From positions 9,266 to 73,265 of the forward strand of contig CAJKLB010000006.1 in the NCBI GenBank assembly GCA_905200615.1: a DNA stretch of 64,000 bases, read 5' to 3'. The notes beneath the pieces are model-generated. The model did not search any database, was not told the DNA's origin, and saw only the letters and a program-made list of their open reading frames with translations. A program made the translations under genes and the position numbers. Origin of the DNA: an uncultured Selenomonadales bacterium (GTDB lineage: Bacteria; Bacillota; Clostridia; Christensenellales; QALW01). This document shows, in pieces, positions 37,150-47,365 of the stretch; the first letter of the stretch is position 1, and each line of letters begins with the position of its first letter.

Positions 37150-38887
37150 CTTTTCTATCCTCCGTTTCAATCGCGCCCACCTTGCACAATTGAGTGCAGA
37201 CGCCGCAGCCTACGCACTGTGTAAAATCGATACGCGCCTTACTGTCTTTCATACTGATAGACGGGCAACCCAGCTTCATACACATTTTGCAGCCTACGCA
37301 TTTATCGGGATTTACAGTAACGGGAGGTTTGGCTTTCACATATTTTAACAGAACACAGGGTCTGCGTGAAATAATCACCGAGGGCGCGTCAATTTCCAGC
37401 TCTTCCAAAATAGCGTCTTCACATTCCTTTAGATTATAAGGATCAACCACGCGCACCCGTTCAATGCCTATGGCATGGCACAAAGTCTCTAAGTTTACCG
37501 CCGCTGCGGGATCTCCCTTGATATTATAGCCTGTGGTAGGATTTTGCTGATGCCCTGTCATTCCCGTAATGGAGTTATCAAGAATGATCACGGTGGAGTT
37601 TGAGGCATTATAGGCAATATTGACCAAACCGGTCATACCCGAATGCATAAAAGTGGAATCTCCGATAACACAAACCGTTTTCTTTTCGCTTTCCCGTCCG
37701 CCCGCCTTATTAAAGCCGTGAATGCCGGAAACGGAAGCTCCCATACAAAGGGTAGAATCCAGAGCAAACAAGGGCGCGGTACTTCCGAGAGTATAGCAGC
37801 CTATATCACCAAGAGCGGTGATTTTGTGTTTGGCAAGCGTATAGAAAAGACCTCTGTGCGGACATCCGGAACACATTACCGGCGGACGAACAGGAATTGG
37901 GGAATCAACGGTTACTTTTTCCGGTTGCGGAATTCCGAAAGCGGCGCGTATCGTAGCTTGGTTATACTCGCCCAGCGGAGAAAAAAGCTCCTTGCCGATA
38001 CAATCAATGCCGATATTTTTCAAATGGGTTTCGATAATACCATCGAGTTCTTCGATCACATATAACGTATGAACGCTTGCGGCAAAATCCTGAAGAAGTT
38101 TGATGGGCAAGGGATTGATAAGTCCCAATTTTAATACAGAAACGCGATCGCCGAATACTTCTTTTACATACTGATAACAGGTGCCGGAGCAAATAATTCC
38201 TATATCACTGCTGTTTTTTTCCACGCGGTTAAGGAAAGTAGTTTCACCAAGCTCGGTTAAAAGCCGGGTACGCTGTTCCACAAAAGGATGGCGGCGTACC
38301 GCGTTTGCGGGCGCCATAATATATTTCTGCGCGTTCTTTTCATAAACGCCAAGTTCTTTTTCTTCCCGCTCACACAGTGAAACCGGGCACTGGGAATGGG
38401 CGATTCTTGTACACATGCGGAAAAGTACGGGAGTATCATATTTTTCCGAAATCCTATAGGCTTCTTTGATAAAATCCTTTGCTTCGGCAGAATCTGCCGG
38501 TTCAATCATAGGAACTTTTGCCGCAATGGCATAATGCCTTGAATCCTGTTCGTTTTGCGAAGAATGCATAGCCGGGTCATCGGCAACAATGATGACCAAG
38601 CCCCCGTTTACACCGGTATAGGAAAGCGTGAACAGCGGATCCGCCGCAACATTCAATCCCACATGTTTCATAGCGCAGGCGGCACGAACTCCTCTTAAAG
38701 AGGCACCGAACGCAACCTCCGCGGCAACCTTTTCATTCGGTGCCCATTCACAGTATATTTCGTCGTATTTTGCGGCAAACTCCGTAATTTCCGTAGACGG
38801 TGTTCCGGGATAGCTTGATACAATCTTCACACCGGCCTCATAAAGTCCACGGGCAATTGCCTCATTGCCAAGCATCAGCTTTTTCAA
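37139..38887 (-). CDS. iorA: Indolepyruvate:ferredoxin oxidoreductase subunit alpha
   Basis: TPP-enzyme N-terminal region (GNEAIARGLYEAGV...SSYPGTPS) and a C-terminal 2x[4Fe-4S] motif (CVGCKMCMKLGCP, CVGCGVCTQLC). Start placed at TTG 38887 (AAGGAG 8 nt upstream), which avoids overlap with the small upstream gene. Confidence 0.85.
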   Translation of the reverse strand: MKKLMLGNEAIARGLYEAGVKIVSSYPGTPSTEITEFAAKYDEIYCEWAPNEKVAAEVAFGASLRGVRAACAMKHVGLNVAADPLFTLSYTGVNGGLVIIVADDPAMHSSQNEQDSRHYAIAAKVPMIEPADSAEAKDFIKEAYRISEKYDTPVLFRMCTRIAHSQCPVSLCEREEKELGVYEKNAQKYIMAPANAVRRHPFVEQRTRLLTELGETTFLNRVEKNSSDIGIICSGTCYQYVKEVFGDRVSVLKLGLINPLPIKLLQDFAASVHTLYVIEELDGIIETHLKNIGIDCIGKELFSPLGEYNQATIRAAFGIPQPEKVTVDSPIPVRPPVMCSGCPHRGLFYTLAKHKITALGDIGCYTLGSTAPLFALDSTLCMGASVSGIHGFNKAGGRESEKKTVCVIGDSTFMHSGMTGLVNIAYNASNSTVIILDNSITGMTGHQQNPTTGYNIKGDPAAAVNLETLCHAIGIERVRVVDPYNLKECEDAILEELEIDAPSVIISRRPCVLLKYVKAKPPVTVNPDKCVGCKMCMKLGCPSISMKDSKARIDFTQCVGCGVCTQLCKVGAIETEDRKDES

Positions 38888-38909
38888 TTGAATATCTCCT
38901 TTCAAATTT

Positions 38910-39110
38910 TTATTTATTTGATTCTTTATCTTTCTCTTTTTTAAATTTTTCATAAACGGCTAATTGTGAGAAAACAGCGCAAAACAAACTGGGAATTACC
39001 GCGTATCCCGCATTGACTTGTCCTTTGTTAAACAACACATACCCTGCGCCGATAAAAGTTAAAAGCATAAACAGAAAGGTTACCACTCTAAATATTTTTT
39101 CTTTTCTCAT
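38910..39110 (-). CDS. Small two-TM membrane protein, probable symporter accessory subunit
   Basis: 66 aa with two hydrophobic helices and a K/E-rich tail. Lies immediately downstream of the SSS symporter gene. Confidence 0.55.
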   Translation of the reverse strand: MRKEKIFRVVTFLFMLLTFIGAGYVLFNKGQVNAGYAVIPSLFCAVFSQLAVYEKFKKEKDKESNK

Positions 39111-39162
39111 AATCTCCGCCTTTAGAACAAATGGATTTTTATGCCGCGCAAATCGGCAACCG

Positions 39163-40722
39163 TTATTTTCCCAAGCTATCGGTTAATTCAACATTGGTTG
39201 TAGAATGATAGCAGGCAAACATCTCTTCCACATTTTGCGGACGTGATTTGCGCGTAATCAAACTGATAAGCGGTACCAAAATCAATCCTCCGATCATGGC
39301 AAACACGCCGGAGTAAAGAGAGTTTGTAAAAACAAAGGATAAAACGGGAATTTCTGAAACCGAAAACACCCCTGTAGATATCAGAAATTGAATGAGTTCC
39401 AATACCGTTCCGAAAGCAAAGGATACCGCCACAGCGATTTTTGTTGTTCCTTTAACGTATAATCCGTACAGAAACGGCGCCAAGAACGCCCCCGCGAGGA
39501 CACCCCAGGAAATTCCCATCATCTGAGCGATATATAAATTCTGCTGTTTTGCCTGAATGATAGCAAGCACAGCGGAAATGGCGATAAATAATACAATAAA
39601 GAGACGCATGATAAGCATTTTTTTCTTTTCACTGATCTCTTTTTTACACAAGGGAGCAATAAAATCAAGGGTAACGGTAGAACCGCTGGTAAGCACCAAG
39701 GAGGAAAGCGTAGACATCGAGGCAGAAAGAACAAGCATAATTACGATACCGATCACAATCGCCGGCAGTGTGGAAAGCATGGCGGGAATCACGGCGTCAT
39801 AGCCCTCCGCGGCGATATCTACATCATACAGTCTGCCGAAGCCCCCCAAGAAATAACATCCTCCCGCTACGATAATCGCAAAGAGCGTTGAAATAACGGT
39901 TCCTTTCGTAATGGCCTCTTCATTTTTTATGGCATAGAATTTGCCTACCATTTGCGGCAGCCCCCATGTTCCCAATGAAGTCAGCAGAACAACAAACAGC
40001 AAGGAAACCGGATCAGGCCCAAAAAAGGAAGCATATTCCCAACCTCCGTTCTCCCCGGTAGCAAGAGCCTCCAGCGCCGCGGAAAATCCTCCGTTATTAT
40101 TTAAAACGGCGGCAATAACAATGACAATGCCAAAAAGCATAATCATTCCCTGAATAAAATCGTTAATGGCCGTTGCCATATATCCGCCTATCAGGACATA
40201 GATTCCCGTAAGCACCGCCATGGAAATAACGCATACCGAATAATCGATTCCGGAAAACGCCATGGAAAACAGTCGGGAAAGGCCGTTGTAGAGAGACGCC
40301 GTATAAGGTATCAGAAAAAGAAACGTTATCACCGACGCGGCAATCTTCAGGTTTTTGGATTCAAAGCGCGAGCCGAAAAAATCGGGCATGGTTTTGCTGT
40401 GTAAATGCTGCGTCATAATGCGCGTTCTTCTGCCCAAAATGGTCCATGCCAAAAGTGAACCGATAAAAGCGTTGCCTAAGCCGATCCAAGTAGAGGCAAT
40501 GCCGAAATTCCACCCGAACTGACCGGCATAGCCCACAAAAATTACCGCTGAAAAATAAGAGGTGCCGAAAGCAAACGCGCTGAGCCACGGTCCGACCGAG
40601 CGCGAGCCCAAAACAAATCCGTTTATATTCCTCGCGTGCTTGCGGTAATAAAACCCGATACCTATCATAAAAGGAAAAAAGCACAAAAGCAAGCACAGCG
40701 TAATGATGACGGTAGGTGTCAT
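39163..40722 (-). CDS. Sodium:solute symporter (SSS) family transporter
   Basis: 519 aa with about 13 TM segments. N-terminal YYRKHARNINGFVLGSRSVGPWLSAFAFGTSYFSA is typical of SSS. Confidence 0.85.
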   Translation of the reverse strand: MTPTVIITLCLLLCFFPFMIGIGFYYRKHARNINGFVLGSRSVGPWLSAFAFGTSYFSAVIFVGYAGQFGWNFGIASTWIGLGNAFIGSLLAWTILGRRTRIMTQHLHSKTMPDFFGSRFESKNLKIAASVITFLFLIPYTASLYNGLSRLFSMAFSGIDYSVCVISMAVLTGIYVLIGGYMATAINDFIQGMIMLFGIVIVIAAVLNNNGGFSAALEALATGENGGWEYASFFGPDPVSLLFVVLLTSLGTWGLPQMVGKFYAIKNEEAITKGTVISTLFAIIVAGGCYFLGGFGRLYDVDIAAEGYDAVIPAMLSTLPAIVIGIVIMLVLSASMSTLSSLVLTSGSTVTLDFIAPLCKKEISEKKKMLIMRLFIVLFIAISAVLAIIQAKQQNLYIAQMMGISWGVLAGAFLAPFLYGLYVKGTTKIAVAVSFAFGTVLELIQFLISTGVFSVSEIPVLSFVFTNSLYSGVFAMIGGLILVPLISLITRKSRPQNVEEMFACYHSTTNVELTDSLGK

Positions 40723-40761
40723 TTATTTATCCCCCAAAAGAAAATTATATGCTGCAGAGCG

Positions 40762-42396
40762 TTACCGTTTGCTCTGTTCTAAAACCAGATGATCGGCACC
40801 GTACATCTTGCGCAGCCGCGGCTTTTCAATTTTTCCGGTAGGATTCCGCGGAACCTGTGCGAAAATAATTTTTCGCGGCCGCTTATAGCGCGGCATACCG
40901 CTGCAGAATTGATTAATTTCCTCTTCTGTACAGGTTTGACCGCTTTTAATTTGAATAATGGCGGCGGCAATTTCACCCAAACGCTCGTCGGGCAAACCAA
41001 TAACGGCAACATCATGTACTTTGTCATATCCGCGGATAAAATCTTCTATTTGTACAGGATAAAGATTTTCACCGCCTGTAATGATAACATCTTTTTTGCG
41101 GTCAACCAGAAAGATAAACCCGTCCTCGTCTCTTGTAGCCATATCGCCGGTATAAAGCCAGCCGTCTTTCAAGGTCTTTGCCGTGGCTTCAGGGTCATTA
41201 TAATAGCAAACCATTACACCGTTACCTTTCAGGCAAAGTTCTCCCACACTGCCGTCAGGTACCTCACAGCCTTCTTCGTCTACGATTTTTACCTGCCATC
41301 CATAGCCAGGAATACCGATGGCGCCTACTTTATTGATGTTTTCGACCCCCAGATGCACCGCGCCCGGTCCGGTGGATTCGGAAAGGCCGTAATTCGTATC
41401 ATACTGATGATTCGGAAAATATTTCAGCCAGTGTTTAATCAAACTGGCGGGAACAGGCTGCGCGCCTATATGCATAAGCCTCCACTGTTTAAGGTCATAA
41501 TCCTCCAGATGTATCTTTCCCGAATCCAGAGCATTGAGAATATCCTGCGCCCACGGCACTAACAGCCACACAATGGTACACTGTTCCTGCGAGACGGCAT
41601 GCAAAATTAAATCAGGACTGGTCCCCTTAAGCAATACAGCTTTGGAACCGCTGATAAGAGATCCGAACCAGTGCATTTTAGCACCCGTATGATATAAGGG
41701 AGGAATGCATAAAAAGCAGTCATCCCGGGTTTGAGAATGATGTTTTTGTTCTACGCGGCAGGAATGCATCAAAGCTCTGTGACGGTGCAGTATGGCTTTG
41801 GGAAATCCCGTTGTTCCGGAAGAAAAATATATGGCGGCCAGATCTTCTTCTGTAATATTGATTTCAGGATTACTGCTTTTGCAGTCGGCAGTAAGAGTTG
41901 AGTAGCTTTCCGCAAAAGACGGACAGCCGTCACCGAAAAAAATCAGCAGACGATTCTGGCTTATATGATCGGCAATTTCTTCCACACGGCCTATAAAATC
42001 AGGGCCGAATACAAGCATATCGGCTTCTGCCAGATCAAGACAATATTTAATTTCATCAGAAGAATAGCGAAAATTCAGCGGAACCGCGATAGCGCCTGCT
42101 TTTAAAATACCGAAATAAATCGGCAGCCATTCTAAGCAGTTCATCAAAAGAATGGCGACTTTATCTCCTTTTCCGATATTTCGTTCTATCAGAGCATTGG
42201 CAAAGCGATTTGCCTTTTCGTTAAAAACAGTCCAGCTGATTTCACGGCGGTAATATGAGCGCTCCGTAGGCTGAACAAGCCCGTATTCACGCCATGTTAA
42301 GCGGCGGTTATCACGAATTTCCGGGTTGATTTCCACCAAAGCTGTCTCCGCCCCTATTTCGCGGCTGTTTTTTTCCAGCAGATCAATAATTGTCAT
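40762..42396 (-). CDS. AMP-dependent acyl-CoA synthetase/ligase (class I adenylate-forming)
   Basis: YFSSGTTGFPKAI, YGLSES and TGDMATRDEDGF motifs, plus the C-terminal PRNPTGKIEK lysine motif. Confidence 0.88.
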   Translation of the reverse strand: MTIIDLLEKNSREIGAETALVEINPEIRDNRRLTWREYGLVQPTERSYYRREISWTVFNEKANRFANALIERNIGKGDKVAILLMNCLEWLPIYFGILKAGAIAVPLNFRYSSDEIKYCLDLAEADMLVFGPDFIGRVEEIADHISQNRLLIFFGDGCPSFAESYSTLTADCKSSNPEINITEEDLAAIYFSSGTTGFPKAILHRHRALMHSCRVEQKHHSQTRDDCFLCIPPLYHTGAKMHWFGSLISGSKAVLLKGTSPDLILHAVSQEQCTIVWLLVPWAQDILNALDSGKIHLEDYDLKQWRLMHIGAQPVPASLIKHWLKYFPNHQYDTNYGLSESTGPGAVHLGVENINKVGAIGIPGYGWQVKIVDEEGCEVPDGSVGELCLKGNGVMVCYYNDPEATAKTLKDGWLYTGDMATRDEDGFIFLVDRKKDVIITGGENLYPVQIEDFIRGYDKVHDVAVIGLPDERLGEIAAAIIQIKSGQTCTEEEINQFCSGMPRYKRPRKIIFAQVPRNPTGKIEKPRLRKMYGADHLVLEQSKR

Positions 42397-42481
42397 TCTA
42401 TCACCTTTAAAAAAATAAAATTTTGTGCTATAATAATATCAAAACCGTACTTTTATCATTCACGGTTATACGGAGAACAAA

Positions 42482-43306
42482 ATGATTATCGATTTTCACA
42501 CCCACACATTTCCCGATAAAATAGCGGATAAAACCATTGCCTATCTTTCCGAAAAAGGAAAGGTCAAAGCCCAAACAAAAGGAACACTATCCGCGCTAAA
42601 GGATTCCATGCAAAAAGCCGGCGTCAATCTCTCTGTAATATTGCCGGTCGCCACCGCCCCCAAACAGGTTGAGTCTATTAACCGTACCGCCTGCGAGCTA
42701 AACGGCAAAAACGGCATTCTTTATGCCGGAGCGATCCATCCCGACTGCAAGAATATTGATGAAATTCTTGATACCGTAAAGGCATACGGCTTATTCGGCG
42801 TCAAAATTCATCCGGATTACCAAGAGGTTTATTTTGATGACGAGAGATATCTCAACATCATGGAGAAAGCAGCTGCCCGCGGACTCATCACCGTTACTCA
42901 TGCCGGAAAGGATGTAGGATATCCAGATACTATACGCTGTACACCCGATCGGGTTTTGAACGTTCTTGACCGTCTGCGCGGCGTTATCGACAATAAATTG
43001 GTGCTCGCGCACATGGGCGGCTGCGATATGCCCGATGAGGTCCTTGAAAAACTGATAGGAAAGCCGGTTTATATGGATACCTCTTTTGTGCTGAACCGTT
43101 ATTACGATAAATGCAGAGAAATCATGATGCGTCACGGAACGGATAAAATTCTTTTTGCTACCGATTCTCCATGGGCAAATCAGGCTGAGTTTGTCCGCTT
43201 AATACACAGTTTCGGCTTCAGCGATGCGGAAGAAGCAAAAATCTTTTGCCAAAACGCAGAAAAGCTGCTTCATATTTCTCCGGAAAACCACCGTTATCGT
43301 AACTAA
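42482..43306 (+). CDS. Amidohydrolase-2 / TIM-barrel metal-dependent hydrolase family protein
   Basis: MIIDFHTHTFP..., VKIHPDYQ, VTHAG, LAHMGG and FATDSPW are conserved metal-ligand positions of the PF04909-like family (recollection). Confidence 0.75.
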   Translation: MIIDFHTHTFPDKIADKTIAYLSEKGKVKAQTKGTLSALKDSMQKAGVNLSVILPVATAPKQVESINRTACELNGKNGILYAGAIHPDCKNIDEILDTVKAYGLFGVKIHPDYQEVYFDDERYLNIMEKAAARGLITVTHAGKDVGYPDTIRCTPDRVLNVLDRLRGVIDNKLVLAHMGGCDMPDEVLEKLIGKPVYMDTSFVLNRYYDKCREIMMRHGTDKILFATDSPWANQAEFVRLIHSFGFSDAEEAKIFCQNAEKLLHISPENHRYRN

Positions 43307-44016
43307 TTTAGTATACCACAAGTATTGTATAAAAGGCAATAAAAAATAAGCAAGTTCGACAATTTTTGTTATCTCATTGCTTGAATATCAAAAAAAGTTT
43401 TTTATGCGCGGTATACCCGAAGATTTTTCCGCTTTTACGGATAAAACATTTTTCGCCAAAAAAGCTACCGTTTTTTAGAAAAAACTGTGCTGTTTTCGCG
43501 TTACGCTCAATAAAAGCCGTAATAGATTCCGCAAAGCTTCCGGCGGCGCACAACCTTTTTGCTATCGATTATAGGACATATTATTTTTTATTGATCGTCG
43601 TTCCTGAATTTTCCCAATACATTTTCCGCGCATTTTATTTTTTTCATGCGGCCCTTTCGCCTGTGCCGGAAACACAGGCGACGGATTTTTTCCGCGGTGT
43701 TCATTTGAAACTTTTGAAATTTTTCCGCCGTTTTTTGCGCTTTTCTTTTTTACCGGCATCGGTGTTTTCCCGTTAGCGGAAATTTTTATATTTTCAGTAA
43801 ATATTCTCTCTTGTGCAAGACTCTTCTGCACACTGTTTTTCTAAAAAGCCGTTGGCGTTCAAAACTTGTCTTTAAACGTTTTGTGAAGAAAATCATTGTT
43901 TGTAACACATTTTCTTTTTGACAAGCGAATAAAACAAATATAAAATAAACGCACGGGAAAACATGTACTGTAAAAATAAAGGCATCTAAAGCCGAACTTT
44001 TTAAAGGAGAAACCAT

Positions 44017-44850
44017 ATGAAAAGAATCGTAACATTGCAGGATATCTCCTGCGTGGGAAAATGTTCACTGACTGTCGCCATCCCCATTTTATCTGCGTTA
44101 GCGCTTGAGGTTTGCCCGATTCCCACGGCGGTTCTTTCTTCCCATACAGCATTTAAAAATTTTTCCTTTTTTGATCTGGCAGATCAGATACCGGAAATAG
44201 CTTCCGCTTTAAAAAAAGAACGGCTGCAGTTTGATACCGTATATACCGGATACTTGGGTTCTGAGCAGCAAATTTCTCTGGTAAGCGATTTTATTGATAC
44301 ATTCAAAACCAAGGACGGTATCGTGTTGGTTGATCCGGTTATGGGCGATAACGGCGTGCTGTATTCCGGTTTTGATAAAGATTTTCCCAAAGCAATGGCG
44401 CGCCTTTGTACCAAAGCGGATATCATTGTACCCAATTTGACGGAAGCGGCTTTTTTGCTTCATGATTTTGGCGCGATAAAAAATCCGCAAAGCAAAGATG
44501 TAAAAGAAATTTTAAGAGAACTCTCCCGTCTGGGTCCCCAAATGGTTGTTTTAACGGGAATAACGGAAAATAAGCAAATGGGAGCCGCGGCGTATGACAG
44601 AAGCACCGGAGAAATCTTTACCTGTTTCCGTCCTCAAATTGAACAGACCTTTCACGGTACAGGAGATATTTTTGCTTCTGTACTGGCCGGTATGCTGACC
44701 AAAGAAGCTTGCTTAAAAAAAGCATTGGAGACCGCGGTAGACTTTACGTATGTTTCTATGCAAAAAACGATGCTTGATCCTCAAAGACGCTGGTACGGCG
44801 TAAACTTCGAAGAAGCGCTTCCCTTTTTGATTCAAACGGCGGAAAGTTAA
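44017..44850 (+). CDS. pdxK: Pyridoxamine/pyridoxal kinase
   Basis: 277 aa. ISCVGKCSLTVAIPILSA... and GTGDIFASVLAG (ribokinase/PfkB-type anion hole). RBS AAAGGAG. Confidence 0.8.
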   Translation: MKRIVTLQDISCVGKCSLTVAIPILSALALEVCPIPTAVLSSHTAFKNFSFFDLADQIPEIASALKKERLQFDTVYTGYLGSEQQISLVSDFIDTFKTKDGIVLVDPVMGDNGVLYSGFDKDFPKAMARLCTKADIIVPNLTEAAFLLHDFGAIKNPQSKDVKEILRELSRLGPQMVVLTGITENKQMGAAAYDRSTGEIFTCFRPQIEQTFHGTGDIFASVLAGMLTKEACLKKALETAVDFTYVSMQKTMLDPQRRWYGVNFEEALPFLIQTAES

Positions 44851-45130
44851 AGGAACTTTAAAGACGTACTTAAAAGTATATCCGGGAATCAACCTTATAT
44901 TATGGATATGGAGAGGAGCGAATATCTCGGCGAATTATTTGAGAAAAAATTGCGATACCGGCAATCCAATTCTTTTTGACCCAACGCCATGCTTCTCCCT
45001 TTAAAGAGAGCAAGCATATATACAAAAAATACAAAAAAAGTCCCTGTTCCTTGAAAATCGGACAGGGGTTTTCTTATGTGTATGATACCGCTTGCTTTGA
45101 TCACGCGGCGCTATACCGCCGCCGAATACA

Positions 45131-46006
45131 TTACGCTAAAGTGATTTCAATATAGGTTTCGTAACTTTCTCCCGCTTCCAAAAGCAGCATATCCCGTTTT
45201 GTTTCCAAATCGTCCACCTTTTGATAATAAGCGGGAACACTCAGCCACGGTTCTATACAAACGTAAGGCGCGCTGGTTTTAGGTTTATGCCAAAGCCCTA
45301 AATATTTCATATCCGGATAATACAATGTAACGGATTTTTTTCCGTTTTTGGCTTTTAAGGTTACGCGCTTACTGATATCCTGCATAAAAACCGCGTCATT
45401 ATCAAACAAATTATGTTTTAATTCTATGATTTTTCCGTCCTTCATCTCTGCCGGAACGGTTTCATCGGTCATATAGCAGGCTTCCATTACCAGCTCTTTT
45501 ACCGGAGTTTCTTCGGCAAATTCGATGAAATAATCTTCAAAACTGCAATTAGCTTCCAGCGGAAGACGAAAGCCGGGATGTGCGCCCAGCGCGAAATACA
45601 TGGTTTCTAATCCGTGATTGATAACCCGATAGCTTTCCCTTACGGTATTGGCGTAAAGTGTATAAGTGATAAAAAGTTCGAAATCAAACGGATAGATTTT
45701 CAGCGTTTCTTCGTTTGCCCGCAGGCTGAAAGTTATACTGTCCTTTTTTTGTTCCACTACCGAAAAAATTGATTTTTTGGCAAAGCCGTGAAGAACCATT
45801 TCATATTCTTCTCCCTGATAGATGTATTTTCCGTCCGTAAGCCTGCCGCATATCGGAAACAGATTGGTTGCTCTGCCGGCCCAATATTTTTCATCGCCCT
45901 GCCATAGATATTCGGTATGATCGCTTTTCAGAATCAGTGACATCAGTTCCGCGCCCATATCCGCAACGGATATTTTAACGGCTTCATTTTCAATAATATA
46001 ATTCAT
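45131..46006 (-). CDS. Aldose 1-epimerase family protein (LacX-like)
   Basis: 291 aa. NLFPICGR, HGFA and GAHPGF motifs of the short mutarotase-like family. Confidence 0.8.
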   Translation of the reverse strand: MNYIIENEAVKISVADMGAELMSLILKSDHTEYLWQGDEKYWAGRATNLFPICGRLTDGKYIYQGEEYEMVLHGFAKKSIFSVVEQKKDSITFSLRANEETLKIYPFDFELFITYTLYANTVRESYRVINHGLETMYFALGAHPGFRLPLEANCSFEDYFIEFAEETPVKELVMEACYMTDETVPAEMKDGKIIELKHNLFDNDAVFMQDISKRVTLKAKNGKKSVTLYYPDMKYLGLWHKPKTSAPYVCIEPWLSVPAYYQKVDDLETKRDMLLLEAGESYETYIEITLA

Positions 46007-46303
46007 TTTGACACTCCCGCACTATTTTATAATGGCAGCGATTGCGAACGCTGTAAGATATTATATCATAAAGAGAATGGGAAAAGCAATAATTTAATGT
46101 AGCAAATTTTCACTATTTATGGTATTATGAAAAAGGAAAAAACATTCCTTTGGAAAAAACAGAGCTTCCCTTGCACGCCCCATAAGGCGGAAAACAAAGA
46201 AGCGTAAAGAGGCGGCGTACCGCACTTTTTGTATGCCTATTCTGATGCCATAAAAAAAGTTTTGCCAACGGATTCGTTTTTATATTTTGCAGAGGCGGTT
46301 TTG

Positions 46304-47362
46304 ATGAGAACTTTACCAAAAAGGATTGTATCCTGTCTTTTTCTTTTGATTTTCTTTTTATGCAGTGCCTGCGCGGAATATCAGCCGACGGACGGTGATC
46401 GGATAGAAACCGATCTGAATGTATATTTTATTGACGTGGGCCAGGCGGACTGTGTGCTGATTACCAGTCCGGACGGTGCCATGCTGATCGACGGCGGGAA
46501 TCCACAGGATGCCCCGGAAATTATATCCTATATTCATCAGCTGGGCGTTACCCGTCTTGACGTTGTTGTCGCCACGCATGCCCATGAAGATCATGTAGGC
46601 GGATTGAGCGCTGTTGTGGATGCTTTTGACGTGGAAACCATCTATTCGCCGGTAGAAGAATATTCCAGTGATTGTTTTCAGAAATTTATTGCTTCGGCCA
46701 ACGCCAAATGCGGCATAACTCTATGCCGTGCGGGAATGGAATGGCTTTTGGGAGAAGCGGAAATAACCGTACTTTGGCCGTTTGAACCCGTGGATACCGC
46801 CAATACCAATAACACTTCCGTCGTATTGCGGATGGTTTACGGCAGCGTATCGTTTCTTTTCACGGGGGATCTTGAACATGATGCCGAAAGTCAGCTTGCT
46901 CAGAGCGACGCGGAACTTTCCTCCACGGTTCTTAAAGTAGGACATCACGGTTCATCAACGTCATCAAGCTATATCTTTTTAAGAAGAGTTTTACCTGAAT
47001 TCGCCGTAATTTCCTGCGGGAAAGGCAATAGCTACGGCCATCCGGAGGAAGAAACCCTGTCGCGGCTTGAACAGGCGGAGGCTCAAATATACCGCACGGA
47101 TTTAAACGGCACCGTTATGGTCTCTACAGACGGCACCGCGATTACTTTTCATTTTGATAATACCGTTTTTACCGCGTCCGCCGCGCCTGAAACCACGCCG
47201 GCGCTGGAGAGCGACAATGCTTATATCGGAAATATCAAAACAAAAAAACTTCATCTGTCCACCTGTTCTGCTCTGCCGGCAGAAGACAACCGCGTTTATT
47301 TTGCAGCGCGTGAAGCGGCAATTTCGCAAGGATATACGCCGTGTTCAATTTGCAAGCCGTAA
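46304..47362 (+). CDS. Secreted lipoprotein with ComEC/Rec2-type MBL-fold hydrolase domain and a C-terminal Cys/His motif
   Basis: ATG 46304 (AGAGGCGG upstream). Lipobox-like FFLCSAC. DVGQADC, THAHEDHVGG and KVGHHGS motifs. Tail KKLHLSTCSALPAEDNRVYF..GYTPCSICKP. Confidence 0.8.
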   Translation: MRTLPKRIVSCLFLLIFFLCSACAEYQPTDGDRIETDLNVYFIDVGQADCVLITSPDGAMLIDGGNPQDAPEIISYIHQLGVTRLDVVVATHAHEDHVGGLSAVVDAFDVETIYSPVEEYSSDCFQKFIASANAKCGITLCRAGMEWLLGEAEITVLWPFEPVDTANTNNTSVVLRMVYGSVSFLFTGDLEHDAESQLAQSDAELSSTVLKVGHHGSSTSSSYIFLRRVLPEFAVISCGKGNSYGHPEEETLSRLEQAEAQIYRTDLNGTVMVSTDGTAITFHFDNTVFTASAAPETTPALESDNAYIGNIKTKKLHLSTCSALPAEDNRVYFAAREAAISQGYTPCSICKP

Positions 47363-47365
47363 CTA

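Noticed and set aside
38888-38953. Upstream extension of iorA to ATG 38953
   Set aside because: The extension (MKNLKKRKIKNQINKNLKGDIQ) is Lys/Asn-rich, overlaps the small upstream gene, and lacks an RBS. TTG 38887 has AAGGAG at ideal spacing and gives the conserved N-terminus.
44895-45104. 69-aa minus-strand ORF between pdxK and the epimerase gene
   Set aside because: It lies across the pdxK terminator hairpin in a convergent spacer and has no RBS.
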